A DNA stretch of 62,690 bases, counting the filler, from Choristocarpus tenellus KU-1152 (taxonomy: Eukaryota > Protista > Phaeophyceae), in the NCBI GenBank assembly GCA_964200185.2. It is 11 parts of 11 records of this genome, joined end to end, with 100 filler letters (N's around TTAATTAATTAA, not from the genome) between each part and the next. Parts side by side here need not be neighbours in the genome. Positions count along the whole stretch, not along the records: positions 32,860 to 41,719 come from CAXNAD020004251.1; positions 41,820 to 48,742 come from CAXNAD020007053.1; positions 48,843 to 56,875 come from CAXNAD020005246.1; 8 more parts are not named here. One strand, written 5' to 3'. Below, in pieces: positions 39,930 to 52,300 of this stretch; position 1 is the first letter of the stretch; each line of letters opens with the position of its first letter. The position numbers and the translations under genes were made by a program. The notes beneath the pieces were generated by a model. That model did no database searches, was not told the origin of the DNA, and saw nothing but the letters and a program-made list of their open reading frames with translations.

Positions 39930-40133
39930 AGACTTCGTATTGTAGAATTGCAGAAAGAGTCTTTGCTGGATTGAGGTGTCACACATTGTGTGTGTAAAGA
40001 AGGGGGGAATGTTAACTTTGCATACACTATTGTGCCCATAAGGAAATGAAATAGGGTGTACTGCACAGAGTGAGAAAGACTGCTTAGAATGCGCAAGGGT
40101 TCAAACCTGCCTACTTCTCAATTGATTTTCCTC
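39930..40133 (+). mobile_element. MITE family C, 3' part
   Basis: ACACTATTGTGC..AAATAGGGTGTACTGCACAGAG..GCTTAGAATGCGCAAGGGTTCAAACCTGCCTAC..ATTGATTTTCCTC aligns with the other family C copies. Confidence 0.7.
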
Positions 40134-41415
40134 ATTATACTCTCTGATCTTAATGTGATAACTCCCAACTCCCAAAAGTATCTTCAAGATACTACATGAG
40201 ACCTGTTTGCACCACTAAGCAACCTAGGTCTTGCTAACCATACTTTTTGTTTGTCGTCAGGGATACTGTGTTTACAATGAGATGCTCAACAGTAAGTCAA
40301 ACCTTTTGCAGGTATGTTTCCTGTGGTCATTCCCTACAATGCAGAAGTACAAACTCTTCTCCCAACTCAAGAATATGAACAAATTATAAATGTAGCCTTC
40401 ATCTTACAGATAAATGATGTATCCTTGACACACGATTTTTGCAGGACTATCATTTCTCTACCTGTGCAAGCTACATGGGATCACTTCTATGTGAAAGAAA
40501 CCACATCTGGCCCCCTGAGGAACGGCTGCGCTGTTGTTAAGGATGAAAACCCAACATAGAACAGGACAAATACTACTGAGATCAGGATTATTCTTCTGTG
40601 CACCCTAAACCCAATACTCTCAATGGCTTTTTTTGAGACTGCTCACGAAGGTTTTGAACCGCATCAACATCGATACTCCACAGGACACAAGAGTTGGTAC
40701 AAACTTTCATACCAAACGTTATCACAAATCCGAAGAGATGTGTGAACTATCATCAGTTAAATACAAATATTTCAAGTAATATCTCTTCTCATTCTCTCTG
40801 CAAAATAATTCACAAGCTCCAAAGCTGCTTTAAAAATTTGATGTCCGCAAGGCGAAATATCTTGTATGTGAACGCCGATTCAACAGATCTTACATCTCTC
40901 TTGGTCAGATCGCCACCTACAGCATTGTGGTTGCAACCAACACGGCCTTCAATCCGTCCCAACAAAAAAATGAGACATAAAGATATGGATGACGAATGAG
41001 AAAAAGTAGGAATGAGGCTGGATGCGGCCTAGATTTGATAAACTGTGGGCACATCTGTTTTTACACTCATGCATTAAAGGTCTGCTCTGCACCTTGTCCC
41101 TTGGAACTAGTGACCCTTGAACAGAAGTGTTGCAATATTACTAGACACATTACATGCAGATTTAATACCTGTTCCAAAGTCCACCCAAGTTCATGGATCC
41201 AATGCCAACATGCGCCACATTTTCCACACCATGTTGTGAGCTTCTTCCTTGGTAGGCATCTAATGCCAAGCTCCAAAAGTGGCACGTAAGTGGTATTCAG
41301 CCTGTGGGGCAGTAATCAATCCCCCTGCAAAACAGCAAGAGAACTGTGCTCAAATTAAAGTTGCTGTGAGTCTGAGGCAATTGTAGCGTGGTTGGAATGC
41401 TCAAGTCAGGCACCA

Positions 41416-41417
<2 letters not shown>

Positions 41418-41462
<45 letters not shown>
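41418..41462. repeat. (AG)n microsatellite
   Basis: About 22 perfect AG units. Confidence 0.95.
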
Positions 41463-41465
<3 letters not shown>

Positions 41466-41819
41466 TCCAGAATATTTAAAACATCTTAAGGCAGGGAAGG
41501 GGAGCCAGTACACAACTGGTGAGCTGACTGCCCCAGCAGGTAAAAAAAAAATGGAACAAAGTGGAGCACACTCAGCCTATCGATGCACAACAGCGGTTGT
41601 GCAATAGTGTACACCAGAACAGCGCAGCAGAGGTGGATGTACCCCGCCAGTATCTGCAGACGAATATGCAACAAGAAACATCCCACACATGTGAAAAAAA
41701 AAAGTCTCAAGCCCGAGGGNNNNNNNNNNNNNNNNNNNNNNNNNNNNNNNNNNNNNNNNNNNNTTAATTAATTAANNNNNNNNNNNNNNNNNNNNNNNNN
41801 NNNNNNNNNNNNNNNNNNN

Positions 41820-41923
41820 CATCCAACACATGCAACCAAATCACACAGAAATCGTGACATGGAAAAATGGACCCCAAATGGACAAACAGGGCAAAACTCA
41901 TACCCTCCAAGATACTTTCACTC
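41820..41923 (+). mobile_element. Chimeric MITE end (family B interior + family A terminus)
   Basis: The B-type CATCCAACACATGCAACCAAATCAC..AAATCGTGACATG is joined through CCCCAAATGGAC to the A-type AAACAGGGCAAAACTCATACCCTCCAAGATACTTTCACTC. Confidence 0.75.
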
Positions 41924-42314
41924 AATGTGATGTGGGAGGTGTCTTGAAACTAGTGTTTTAGTTATATAGTGTCATAGTGTGTGTCTCTGGTTGGTGGGTC
42001 CATGTGACAGCTTAACTTGAACCTCACAGCAATCCATGATTATTAGAAAAGACTCTAGCTTCCTACGTATGTATGTACCAATCACAGTATTTTTGTGTGC
42101 CAGCAACAAGTTGATTTTCTTTTTGAGTTGTGACTTCACAGACTAATCGCCAAATAGATATAGACCTAGCAATGCATATGAAATGCAGTCTGAGATGTGA
42201 ATATTCAACAGAAAAACCTGTATTGTGAGTCATATGTATGTGTGTATTATGTGTGTATGTCTACACAACCTGTACACAATGTAGACCTCTAAGCCCTGTT
42301 GTCCCAAAATTCAG

Positions 42315-42491
42315 GTGAACGAGCAGCAAGTCCTCTTCAGTCGGCTCTGGACACAGTGTCAGGATTGCCAAGGTTCCTTTCACCAAGATGTGTTATGCTC
42401 AAACAGGGACTGTCCTATATTTTACAAGCGCAAGAAGGTTCAGATTGACTTGAAAGAAGCACAGGAACAGCTTGACCGATTTGCATGGTAG
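42315..42491 (+). CDS. POLD1: DNA polymerase delta catalytic subunit, last exon (CysB metal/Fe-S motif); absent from ORF track
   Basis: ttcag| [58 protein letters not shown] matches the Pol delta C-terminal [28 protein letters not shown] motif. Confidence 0.95.
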   Translation: MNEQQVLFSRLWTQCQDCQGSFHQDVLCSNRDCPIFYKRKKVQIDLKEAQEQLDRFAW

Positions 42492-42871
42492 TACAATTGC
42501 ACCTTGAACTATTCCCAGGTCAAACACAAACTGTATTTGACTTTTTTGTGTAAATTTCAGCCTCTCTACTCCACTACTAGAGCTCTAATACTCCTGTAAC
42601 TACCAATGTATTATTGACTGTTATTCAATTGTAGCAACTACTCCTGGGACAATCCACACCAACCTGAACCTTGGCTACTGCTCTCTCTCTCGTCTCAGAA
42701 ACACCCTTTACTCCTACGCAGTAAAGACTGCCACGCAAAGTTTACAATGGCTTGCCCTTCATTCCATGATAGCTGAGTGCCTGGGCTGTTGGTTGTTTTA
42801 TGTGATACTCTCCACAAAGCTAAGCGCATATACATGTATGTATTGGACAAGGCACGTGGCATTACTCAATT

Positions 42872-43129
42872 GAGTCAAAGTAATTGAGAGGTAGGCAAGG
42901 TTGCATTTTAAGGATCCTGAGAAATAGCAAGAAGAAGAAACTTGGTACAACTGCAGAAAGAGCCTTTTCTGAATTGTGGTGTCACTTTTTTGTGTGGAAA
43001 GGCGGAATATCAATTTTGTGCACAATATTTTGTACATAAATCAATGGAATAGGGTATAATGCACAGGGTAGCAAAGATAGCTGAAAATGCAGAAGGACCA
43101 AACTTGCCTACCTTTCAATTACTTCGGTC
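42872..43129 (+). mobile_element. MITE family C copy
   Basis: TIRs GAGTCAAAGTAATTGAGAGGTAGGCAAG / CTTGCCTACCTTTCAATTACTTCGGTC. Confidence 0.8.
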
Positions 43130-43640
43130 AAACGAAGACTTCCTGCCCATCCATCCCACAACTAGCGGGGCTTATCCTCATCACCCTGATTAGGGCTATC
43201 CCTTTTTCTCCATCAAATTTTGAAGTGGTTAATGAATACACTAGCCTTGGTACTTGACCACATGGCACTACAACATAACTTGAAGTTAGGTGGCTACTGC
43301 CCAATCTGTTCTCCTCCATACCTCCTAAGTGATGTGGTTTGTGGGCAAAGTGCATATTGCTGTGGCAGTTGTTGATCAGTATCATCTTACATAGTATATA
43401 GTATCACCTTGAGCACCATTGAATTTTTTTTTGTGTAGAGACTTTGTAGACACTTCACTCAATTCGTCTCTTGTAAGTACAATTTTCAACACTGTTGTGT
43501 TCAGGTGGTATTCTTCTCCTTTTCATGTGAGGCAATTTAAACCAAATTTACTTAAAGATGTAATACATTCACAGAGTTTGAGTTCGATGCTTGAAGTGAT
43601 TCTATGGTATTGTTTTCTTAGAAACGAAACATTGTTGCTT

Positions 43641-43893
43641 GAAGTATCTTAGAGGGTACGACCTTTGCCCTGTTTGTCCATTTGGGGCTTGGCTCCCCGC
43701 GGGTTTTTATGACATTTTAACTACTCCGAAATGTTTCGGAGTAGTTAAAATTTATACATTATGAAAAGGTGTGCCCAGAACAAGGATATTGACACTTCCT
43801 AACAAACTCGATAGCCAAAATTACATCAAAATCACAACATTGGATTTTGGTCCCCAAACAGATGTGGTTCTACCCTCTAAGATACTTTGACTC
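43641..43893 (+). mobile_element. MITE family A copy
   Basis: AAGTATCTTAGAGGGTA...TACCCTCTAAGATACTTTGACTC; perfect internal palindrome at 43714-43751. Confidence 0.9.
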
Positions 43894-44889
43894 TTGATCC
43901 ATTGTATACCCTCCATTACCTTTGCCTTCTTAATCTCCACGTTCAACCTTCGTGTGCCAACATTGCCATATAATACTGGTGGCTGTTGCACTGGGTTCAA
44001 GAAGTGGTAGTAACGGGACAATTACTGGACCAGTAAGGAATTTATTGGCACAAAATTATCATAGAATTATCTTCCTTCAGAACAAAAAGTGCCAATTGCA
44101 TAGTTAGCTATGGAATGTATCTTTGCATGCAATGGACAAATCCAGATTTGGCATTGCACCTTGTAAGGTGTTCACAGTCTCTTCTCACCAAAATGTTGGG
44201 AACATGTGATTTTTAATTGGAAAGGGGTTTGATCTTGAAGAGTGGTGCAAAACGATCAAGCAGGTCACACCTACTACTTGGAAATATGGTGACCAAACTC
44301 AAAATACAATTTTGAATGGTGCCTTTAAAATCCAGTACTAATTATTGATAGTGCGCGAAGCCTGCACTACATATATGCAAGCTTTTTTCGCTCTTCGTGT
44401 TTGTCTCCAGGTTCTCACTGTATGAGAAGTTTGTAAACATTTGGATATGAGATGCAACTTATCCATGGACCTCTCTCCTCCTCTCCTTTCCCTTCTGTAC
44501 AACAGTATATGGACATTGAGCTTGAAGGACCTTGGAAGTTCAACAGATAAGAGCATCTCATACACACCCATACACATAAAACATGGTTATGGAGATAATA
44601 ATCAGCACTGATTAAACTGTACAACTTCTTTCATGTGCTCAGATGGTGCTGATCTCCTGTGTACTCCTTTTGATGTTTCTCACCTTCTGGTCTGCTAAGA
44701 CTTCTCTTGTACTTCAACGTACTCAAATACACACAGAGGTACATGTAGGTCTTGTGAGCATATTTCTCAACCACTGACACTTCCATCCCACTAGTAAGGG
44801 TAAAGCTCAGGGGCAATGTAATATATTCCACAGTATTAGCAGGGTATAGTTACACAGTTGTCTCACCCTCAACTTGGAGCGCCCTCATA

Positions 44890-45090
44890 ATAATTCAATG
44901 GGTTAAGTTCGCACTGATATCGGGGAAGTATCAATCACTCCCCACCCAGTCTCTCCACCAAGAAAACAAGGCTAGGTTTTACGGCTACTCCACAATCACA
45001 TGAATCATGCTCAATGATGGACCCTTGTCCTTTCCATTCTTGGTCATACAAGGCACAAGGGGACCCCTCTCACACAGGCACTATCTAAAG
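44890..45090 (+). mobile_element. Decayed LINE RT fragment (motif B region)
   Basis: IMLNDGPLSFPFLVIQGTR/AQGDPS resembles V.VNG..S..F.V..GVRQGDPLS across a frameshift. Confidence 0.3.
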
Positions 45091-45259
45091 CCAATGGACT
45101 TCCCCACATACTCAAATTTTCTTGAGGTTTTGTAAATCAAAGGGTGACTCATCTCCTGCTTAGAATGTTAGTCATTGCCTACAACCCTTCTTCATGGCCA
45201 GAGTATCTGTTAAAAGAGGACGGTGTCAATCATAGCAGAAAAGTACTTCCCTTCTTGTG

Positions 45260-45517
45260 GAGGCGAAGTACCTTGGAGGGTAGAGCTGCGTCCATATGGG
45301 GTCCAAAATCCAATGTTGCGATTTTGATGTAATTTTGGCTATCGAGTTTGTTAGGAAGTGTCAATATCCTTGTTCTGGACACACCTTTTCATAAAGTATA
45401 CATTTTACCTACTCCTAAACATTGTGGAGTAGGAAAATGTAATAAAAAGCCCATGGGAAGCCAAGTCCCAAATGGATAAACAAGGAACAACTTGTACCCT
45501 CTAAGACACCTTCACTC
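45260..45517 (-). mobile_element. MITE family A copy with 3-bp TSD GTG
   Basis: GTG|GAGGCGAAGTACCTTGGAGGGTA...TACCCTCTAAGACACCTTCACTC|GTG. Confidence 0.88.
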
Positions 45518-45520
45518 GTG

Positions 45521-46930
45521 GTCACCATGTTCGATGTTCGTATTAGATACACGAGGTGGCCTTGATTCGAAATAGTCATGGCATGATGACCAGTCAAAGG
45601 AGCACACCGCCCAAAAGGTGGGGTACATAGAGGCTACAATATCCAGCACATTAGACATGTGACAAAGCATCTCCTCCACAGTCCAGAAGCCCTCCTTGTT
45701 CATCCCATATTCGAAGTTGTAAGACAACTATATGCCATTGTTATCCTGTTAAAGCCTGTCAATTTTACGAAACTGCTCTGTATTCTTTCTATCCCCACCA
45801 GCTGCAATGTCGGCAAAACTAGCAGCCTTACCTATTGAGCATTCAAGATTTACGGCCTGTGATCACTTTATCTATGATTTACTGAATCCAGATGTATTGA
45901 AAGTCTTGTATAACTTAAGCAACTACCGTAACATATTTGAAATACAAGAGATGCTCTACTTATCGCTGGTTTCATGAGACACCAAAACATCATCAGTAGA
46001 GCTCTGTGAAGTTGGTCTGTGAATACTGCAGTTGTATTCACCCTCCTATGCATAATAATCACGCTACTACTTGAGGCCAAGAAAACACATAGCACGTAGG
46101 CTTACCTCTGCTTCCTTGACATGGTATGCCGTTGTGTCAATAAAGCAGGTTGATGCGTACTCCCAGACACCATAAATCTTCTCCCCTCTCCTTTTTTCTT
46201 CAGTCCATGCCGCCCCGTGTTCCCCCCATCACGAGCTAGACGTACATCGCTGTAGTAGTGGCGGTATGCATTTAGGGGAAGAATAACTAATGTTCAACTC
46301 TCAATCAGAGTGCTTTCCGACGCCTTATTCAGAACGGTCTGGTGTTTAGAGTGCATACTGTAGATATTAATTGATGATGGAAAGCAATTTACACTTGTAG
46401 ATATCTTCATCTTGCCAAAGAAAAAGATCCTACTTTCTGTCTTGTCTGCCTCCACGAATTATCTCTTCCTTGTAATCCTATCCATCAGTGCATGGCAGTT
46501 GAGATCCTATAAGACCGAACTCCTCCACAGCTACCCATACCAAACACTCTCCCACAACCTCGTCCTGCACTTTTCAAGCATCAACTTCCTGCTCATTCTC
46601 CACTATTCTCCATCTATCAGCCTCTTCTGGTGATGCTTTGATCTACACTCTGGCATTCTCCTGCCTTTCCATGTACTTGAGCAAGTATTTGTCTTGACAG
46701 TATTTCAGTACATCATAACAAACATGCTCGTCGTAATATAGGCCACCCTTTGCACTACCGTAGCAAGCAAGCTTATGGAGCCTACTTTCACAGATACAGT
46801 AGCATATGGTGCCATCCTCTACACTATCTTGGATGCACTAAGGTCTCAAAATGGATTCATTCAACCGTCACCTCCATGGCAAATTCTGGTAAGATCTCGA
46901 TATTGATAAACTTTACCAAGTCTAGAGTTG
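45521..46930 (-). pseudogene. Decayed IS630-Tc1-mariner-related DDE transposase
   Basis: KGGLYYDEHVCYDVLKYCQDKYL at about 46680-46750 (compare KKG.Y.DGHER.DV..YR). FEYGMNKEGFWTVEEMLCHM...YPTFWAVCSFDWSSCH at about 45580-45717 (compare G.N..GYW...FD.SS.H). Many stops; cut by a MITE. Confidence 0.6.
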
Positions 46931-48049
46931 TGTTTTGACCCTCTTTTTGCTTATTATCCACTCCATGCACTTTTTTTTGTGGGACTCACGAATGAGTAAC
47001 CATGCCCTCAGGTCACTGCCTTTTTTACATTTAAAAAGAACTACTAGAAAGGTCTATTGTTTATTTGATCAATTATACATTTATTTTTGAGGGTGCTGTA
47101 CTTCCAAACTACTCTCTTCCACTACTACTGACTGACTACGCTCTACTCCGACTCGGGAGCTTATGGTGCATTTCAGCCATCCATGGTATTCTGCCCTGCA
47201 TCCACCTTCACTCAGATGTGGCAGGAAAATGATGAGCTGTACTACACATTATTGTGTTACAGGGATACAACTTGTTTCTTTTGGTCTCAAATGATGAGAA
47301 CATGTTCTCTGGGTCTTCTTACCTGTGAAGGAGTGGTCAAAACAAGGTGGGCAGGTTTGACCAATTGTGAAAAGCCTCAAGAAGTCCTTTTTTCCAGTCA
47401 AAACTTCATGAATGAGCCAGTCATTGCGAATAACCTCCAGTCTCATTATTCAGTGTAAGCCATGTAATCTGTATCATCCATCCATGCCAACTGTGTGGTC
47501 TACCAGACGGCCTTACCAGGAGTAACTGGAAGTCTGTACTAGAAATGACACAGATAGATGGGCCAATTAATGTGTGTGTTTGACATGCCACTGTATGCTT
47601 AACCCCGATCCCTTGTCTCCCTTCTTCACGTTCTTGAAGAAGTCTCAAAAAGTCACGCTTTGCCCAGGCTTAAATCGTTAGAGGTGGTTCCTCCACTGGT
47701 CTGTGGTCGATCTGGGGCTCTCCCAACTGAATGTCAGCGCCAGCAAAGTCAGTGTTCTCCACACCAGTCGGTGTCACATATAGTCTCGTTGCCAAGTCTT
47801 GACATCATGTTGTGTATATATGTCGTAATAAGTAGTTTAAAGTATCAAACCGGAGACTTATACCTGGTGTGTCTCATCTCTTACCAATTTTGCTTGTGTT
47901 CTACTTTCTTTTGCCGTTCTGTGATTACTTGCGACCTGGACCTCATCAGGCTCCACTTCAGCCTCGTTTCCATAGCGTAAACAGTATATCTTCGTCATCA
48001 CCGTATATTAAAATGTTCTAGGTGTGGTAAGGCACACACCCAGCAAATA

Positions 48050-48170
48050 TGTCCTCAAAGCATCTCCAAACTCAACTGAAGCCCCTACAGGCTCCCAGAC
48101 AGGTTCATAGCCAAGCCAAGCAAATACATAATGAGTTGTGAGTTGTGAGACATTGTGATGAGCAGGGTTC
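48050..48170 (-). pseudogene. Chromodomain-like relic, probably from a retroelement
   Basis: HYVFAWLGYEPVWEPVGASVEFGDALRTY fits the Y-x3-W-x-GY...WEP chromo pattern. Confidence 0.4.
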
Positions 48171-48674
48171 CTAGATCGTCTGACTGGTTTGTATATTACC
48201 TCCTATTCAAAATAGAAAAATAAGCATAAAGATCAAACTCTTTCGGATATGATCCCAGTTTTTTTTTTTTCATGAAAACTGAGCATATTAACCCGTTATC
48301 TTATTCATAGTACTACGTAGACACAAATTTCATCACGGAAACACCCCACTTCATTAATACCACTCAGCAACGAAGACCCTCTCTTAAATGTTACAAATTG
48401 AAAGCATCTACACAGAAGTAATAGATAACTGACAGTGAAAATAATGGTGTAAGATAATTGACTTGGAAAATTCGTTTCACTCGATAAATGTCGAAACATG
48501 TGTGGAACGCATGCACTGAGCCGCGCGATTCGCTAACATTCCCATCAAGACCACGCAGCGTACAGTTGCACGAAAATATTCAATCCAATAATGCCACCTC
48601 AAATTTCGATTTCGATTTATCGTGAACATGTAAAATAAATAGTAATGTAGGTCCTTGTGGCTCAGTGGTTAAAA

Positions 48675-48742
48675 CAGGGGATTCTCAAAATTGAGGATGG
48701 AGCGGGACTATGAGGATGGTTGTTCTGCGAAAACGGTCTTAA
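48675..48742 (+). mobile_element. hAT-like element terminus (dispersed repeat)
   Basis: CAGGGGATTCTCAAAATTGAGGATGGAG..GAGGATGG; related ends at 14146-14195 (-), 17611-17660 (+) and 33305-33363 (-). Confidence 0.45.
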
Positions 48743-49062
48743 NNNNNNNNNNNNNNNNNNNNNNNNNNNNNNNNNNNNNNNNNNNNTTAATTAATTAANN
48801 NNNNNNNNNNNNNNNNNNNNNNNNNNNNNNNNNNNNNNNNNNCCCCCTGAGATACTTTGACCCAGAACACAATTGATTCAAGTTTGTAGTAACTGTTTAC
48901 CCTATGTGTCTATTCGTTTGAAAAATCACCTCCACATTCCTGCTTTTTTGTAGGATAGGATTCCGCCCCAACGAACCTCCACTGTAGAAAAAAAGGTGTT
49001 TGTGCAGGTGGACAGGGTCTTAAATAGTCCCAATCAACGTGCTTATGTGTTGCGTGTATCAG

Positions 49063-49394
49063 GTGCAGGGGCTGTGTACGGATATGACGCTGTGGGATCG
49101 TTTGAACGAGTGAGGGTAGCATGTGCAGGAGCAGGACTGAGTCTAATGCAGCCGGTGTTAGACAAGCTTGACGTTGCTCCTGCTGAAAGTAGTGAAATGA
49201 GGAGGGGAAGAGAGGGGAGTTTTCTGGAGGGGAAGGCAGTAGTGGCGGCAGGCTTAGAGGAAGCATTAATGTTGGTAAAAGGGGCTTTTGCTGCTGCAGG
49301 GGAGCGAGAGATTAGCCTTGGAGATGAGGTAGAGATCGTGGTGGTCACAAGGGGTGGGGTGAGGCGAGAACGCATGCAACTGAATAGTCATTGA
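49063..49394 (+). CDS. PSMB1: Proteasome beta6 (PSMB1/PBF1-like) subunit, last exon, divergent
   Basis: atcag| GAGAVYGYDAVGSFERVRVACAGAGLSLMQPVLD...EEALMLVKGAFAAAGEREISLGDEVEIVVVTRGGVRRERMQLNSH* parallels the beta6 pattern G.GAVY.FD.VGSY.R....A.G....L.QP.LD...A..LVKD.F.SA.ERD..TGD. Confidence 0.8.
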
Positions 49395-52300
49395 GGGGGG
49401 GGTACTGGTTGTGGATACTAAGGTTTCTCTGGAGGTGAGAGGCGTGTCCCAAATGTGGGCCAAGGTGGAAGCCAAAGTGGACGCCTTTAGCTTTCCTCAT
49501 ATAGCTTACACTGTGCGTGACTTGTAAGCAGCAAGTTCTATGCAAACCCTATCATATTGTACAGCTACGAAGTATTTGCAATAGAAAAAGTGCTAGTCCT
49601 TTTGTGTACAGACGCAATATATTGTATGCGTAATGGTATCATGTATTTATGTGTTTGTGTTTCATTGTGCTCATGGCATTCACCAAAGCACAACCCACCA
49701 CCCCAGAGTGTCCCTGGAACCTTTCCGTGTATGTGTGGTCTGAACGGCTATACCAGCCAACAAGACTCATGAAGCTCCTAGAGTGAACTGAGCTGTGATA
49801 TCATGCTAGGGACCTACCCATATTTCCATCAGCGCAAGTCCACTATGTTCTGCCGAAGTTCAGAACATGAACATACTGAGAAAGGGTGTTTGCTATGAAG
49901 AGCAAGTTGCCAACTATTGAATAGTCCGGGAAATCCTCAATTCCCATCCATTAAAACATAGAGGATGGTATGAAAGTATGGTGTCAATTGATGGCAGCAC
50001 GATACTTAGCTTAGAGACTATCAATGCTTTTCATTTTTTCGCACAAACAGGTATACCATACTACCTAGTGTCATCTTCATTATGTTTTTCCTTGATATAT
50101 AGACCCAACCAACAATCGAGTACCCGTCCTAATAATTTGCACAATCATCAACTACCACAGTGTATGGAATTAGGCAGTGCACTAATTGGATTATCACAAG
50201 TTTGTTTGATCGCCTTGAACCCATGATCAGAGACCCTTCCATTTTGCCAAAGGTGTTAAATGGTTGATCCTAGTGAAGGAGGAGGGGGTTCACAGAACAG
50301 AAAGGTGACCTGCAATGATTGGTATTGTGGCCCTGATACATCATGTAGCTGTGTCCCAGTTCCATTTACTCTCTCCCCACATTCTTATCCGGTTGTTGGT
50401 TGACCAATATTGTTGACTGCAAGGGAGAGTTGATGCAACAGATCCAGGCCCTCTGGAGTGGCTTCATGGAGTGAACTAAATACTTGAGCATATTAGTTGT
50501 GACCAATCTATACTAAATGGGTACAATACTGGAGCCTATTAGTGTAGTGTATATTGCTCTATACCAGAATTGCGTTTTGACATGAGAAGAGGAAGCAGCA
50601 TCTCTTCACCCTGATCAAGGACTGAAAGACAGGAGGGCGGTTCATAGGATCTGTATTCTCGTCCTTAACACGTTTTTAGTCTGTTCCTACAAGGTGTACT
50701 CTTCTGAAGTGCGGTGGAAAGACTTATTACAGTGCCTTGAAATGACCCCAGTCTGAAGATCAGGATCTGGCATCCCATCTCCTCCAGCAAGCTGAACCTA
50801 ATGGACCCTGATAGTAGTGATTGATCTTCATCATACAGATGGGCGAGGTAGGAACTACGTGCAGATGGGGTATGTTACTATGTGCATTGCTACATATTTA
50901 TATATGGAGAGAGAGAGATTTGAGAAACTCAGTTTACAGTTCACGGGTCTTCTTTTGATTTTGTATTTTTTCTTGAAGTGATTGCTTGTGGTTCCTCCCT
51001 TGTATAGCACTGTATGCGCCAAATTGATAATTCACGCACACAAGCGTTAACACACGTTTGCAAAGTGTGAATGTCCTTGTGGCAAAATGGTTAATGGAGA
51101 CCTCTTCCTGACACTAGGCAATTTGCTAGGGAGTATATCTGCACTGAGCTGGGGAGTATCATGCGATATATTTTGTATCACAAGGAGGTGACCAAATATC
51201 ACAAGGAGATGAAGGAAATGAGACGCATACGGGGGGAATCCCGATCAGTGACAGTGATGGAGGCAGTACAATTGGCTGCAGTGCAACAGCTAATTGCAGT
51301 AGTTTGTATGAGAAGTGGTGTAGTGTGTAGCGCCTCTATGGCGGATGGGGATAGTCCCAGGACTAAAGTGAAGAAAATAATCGTAGAACAAATTGTAGTA
51401 AGGGAAATTAAGAAATGCTTATCCGAGAAACAAAACGTACCTGCCATGCGGTTGACACATTACTCCAGCAAGACAGCAGCTCTCTGACCGCATTAAAGAA
51501 ATTCTGTCAAGCGGCCAGCTCAGATGTCCCACAAATAAGATCTTCCATTATTCAAAAGATATCAATGTTCATTGTCGCTACTGCTGAGGTACTCTGGAAG
51601 TCGGACAAATCACGATTTAACTCATTTGTGCTTCAGAAATCAGTAGGAAAAATATGTGCACAAATATTTTTATGTGCATGTTGAAGAAATACACATTATA
51701 TCTACCTAGGAACCTTTTACCACAAATCATATATCGAATAGAACCGAGTGTTGAGGAATGATGTTCAACTTTCGATTTGTCAATATAACCTTGTTAGATA
51801 CCAAATTCACATGATTTTATACATATGCTTAAGTGATTTGTTCCTATGTGTCAGAGAAGAAAACTATTATCCCTGATCTGTCACTAGGTCATGTTGGTGT
51901 ACAAATCTGAAGCATTGATTTAACAAGAAAGAACAATCTTGGCCAAATATTTCTTTGTGGTTTATTTTTAAAGAATATTGTATACAAATCTTACGCTGTT
52001 GTAATTACATAGAAAAGAACATTACGTACAAATCTTAGGTTACTACTACTCAATTGCATAAAAGGTGAGTACTTGTTTCCCTTGTTCTATGGTAGTATTA
52101 ATTATACCCCCCCCTACTAAACCCACTCGTTGTGGAAGCCCCAGTAGGGTCCTGGCTGACATGTCGTCTCTAGTGAATCATCCTTAACTTAAATGTATAC
52201 TGTAGTATTATTCTGCCCTCTGACCATTTTGCAGATTTGTTGGGTGGAAAGTCAAACCAATGTCACAAGGACCTTGCTAAAGGTAACACTTGTCGTAAAT

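Noticed and set aside
48650-48742. tRNA or SINE suggested by the A-box-like TGGCTCAGTGG
   Set aside because: There is no B box or cloverleaf, and the downstream sequence matches the hAT-like dispersed terminus.
49043-49475. Minus-strand ORFs over the proteasome exon
   Set aside because: Antisense shadows.
51161-51684. 108-aa and 89-aa ORFs
   Set aside because: No recognisable domain or supporting exon structure.
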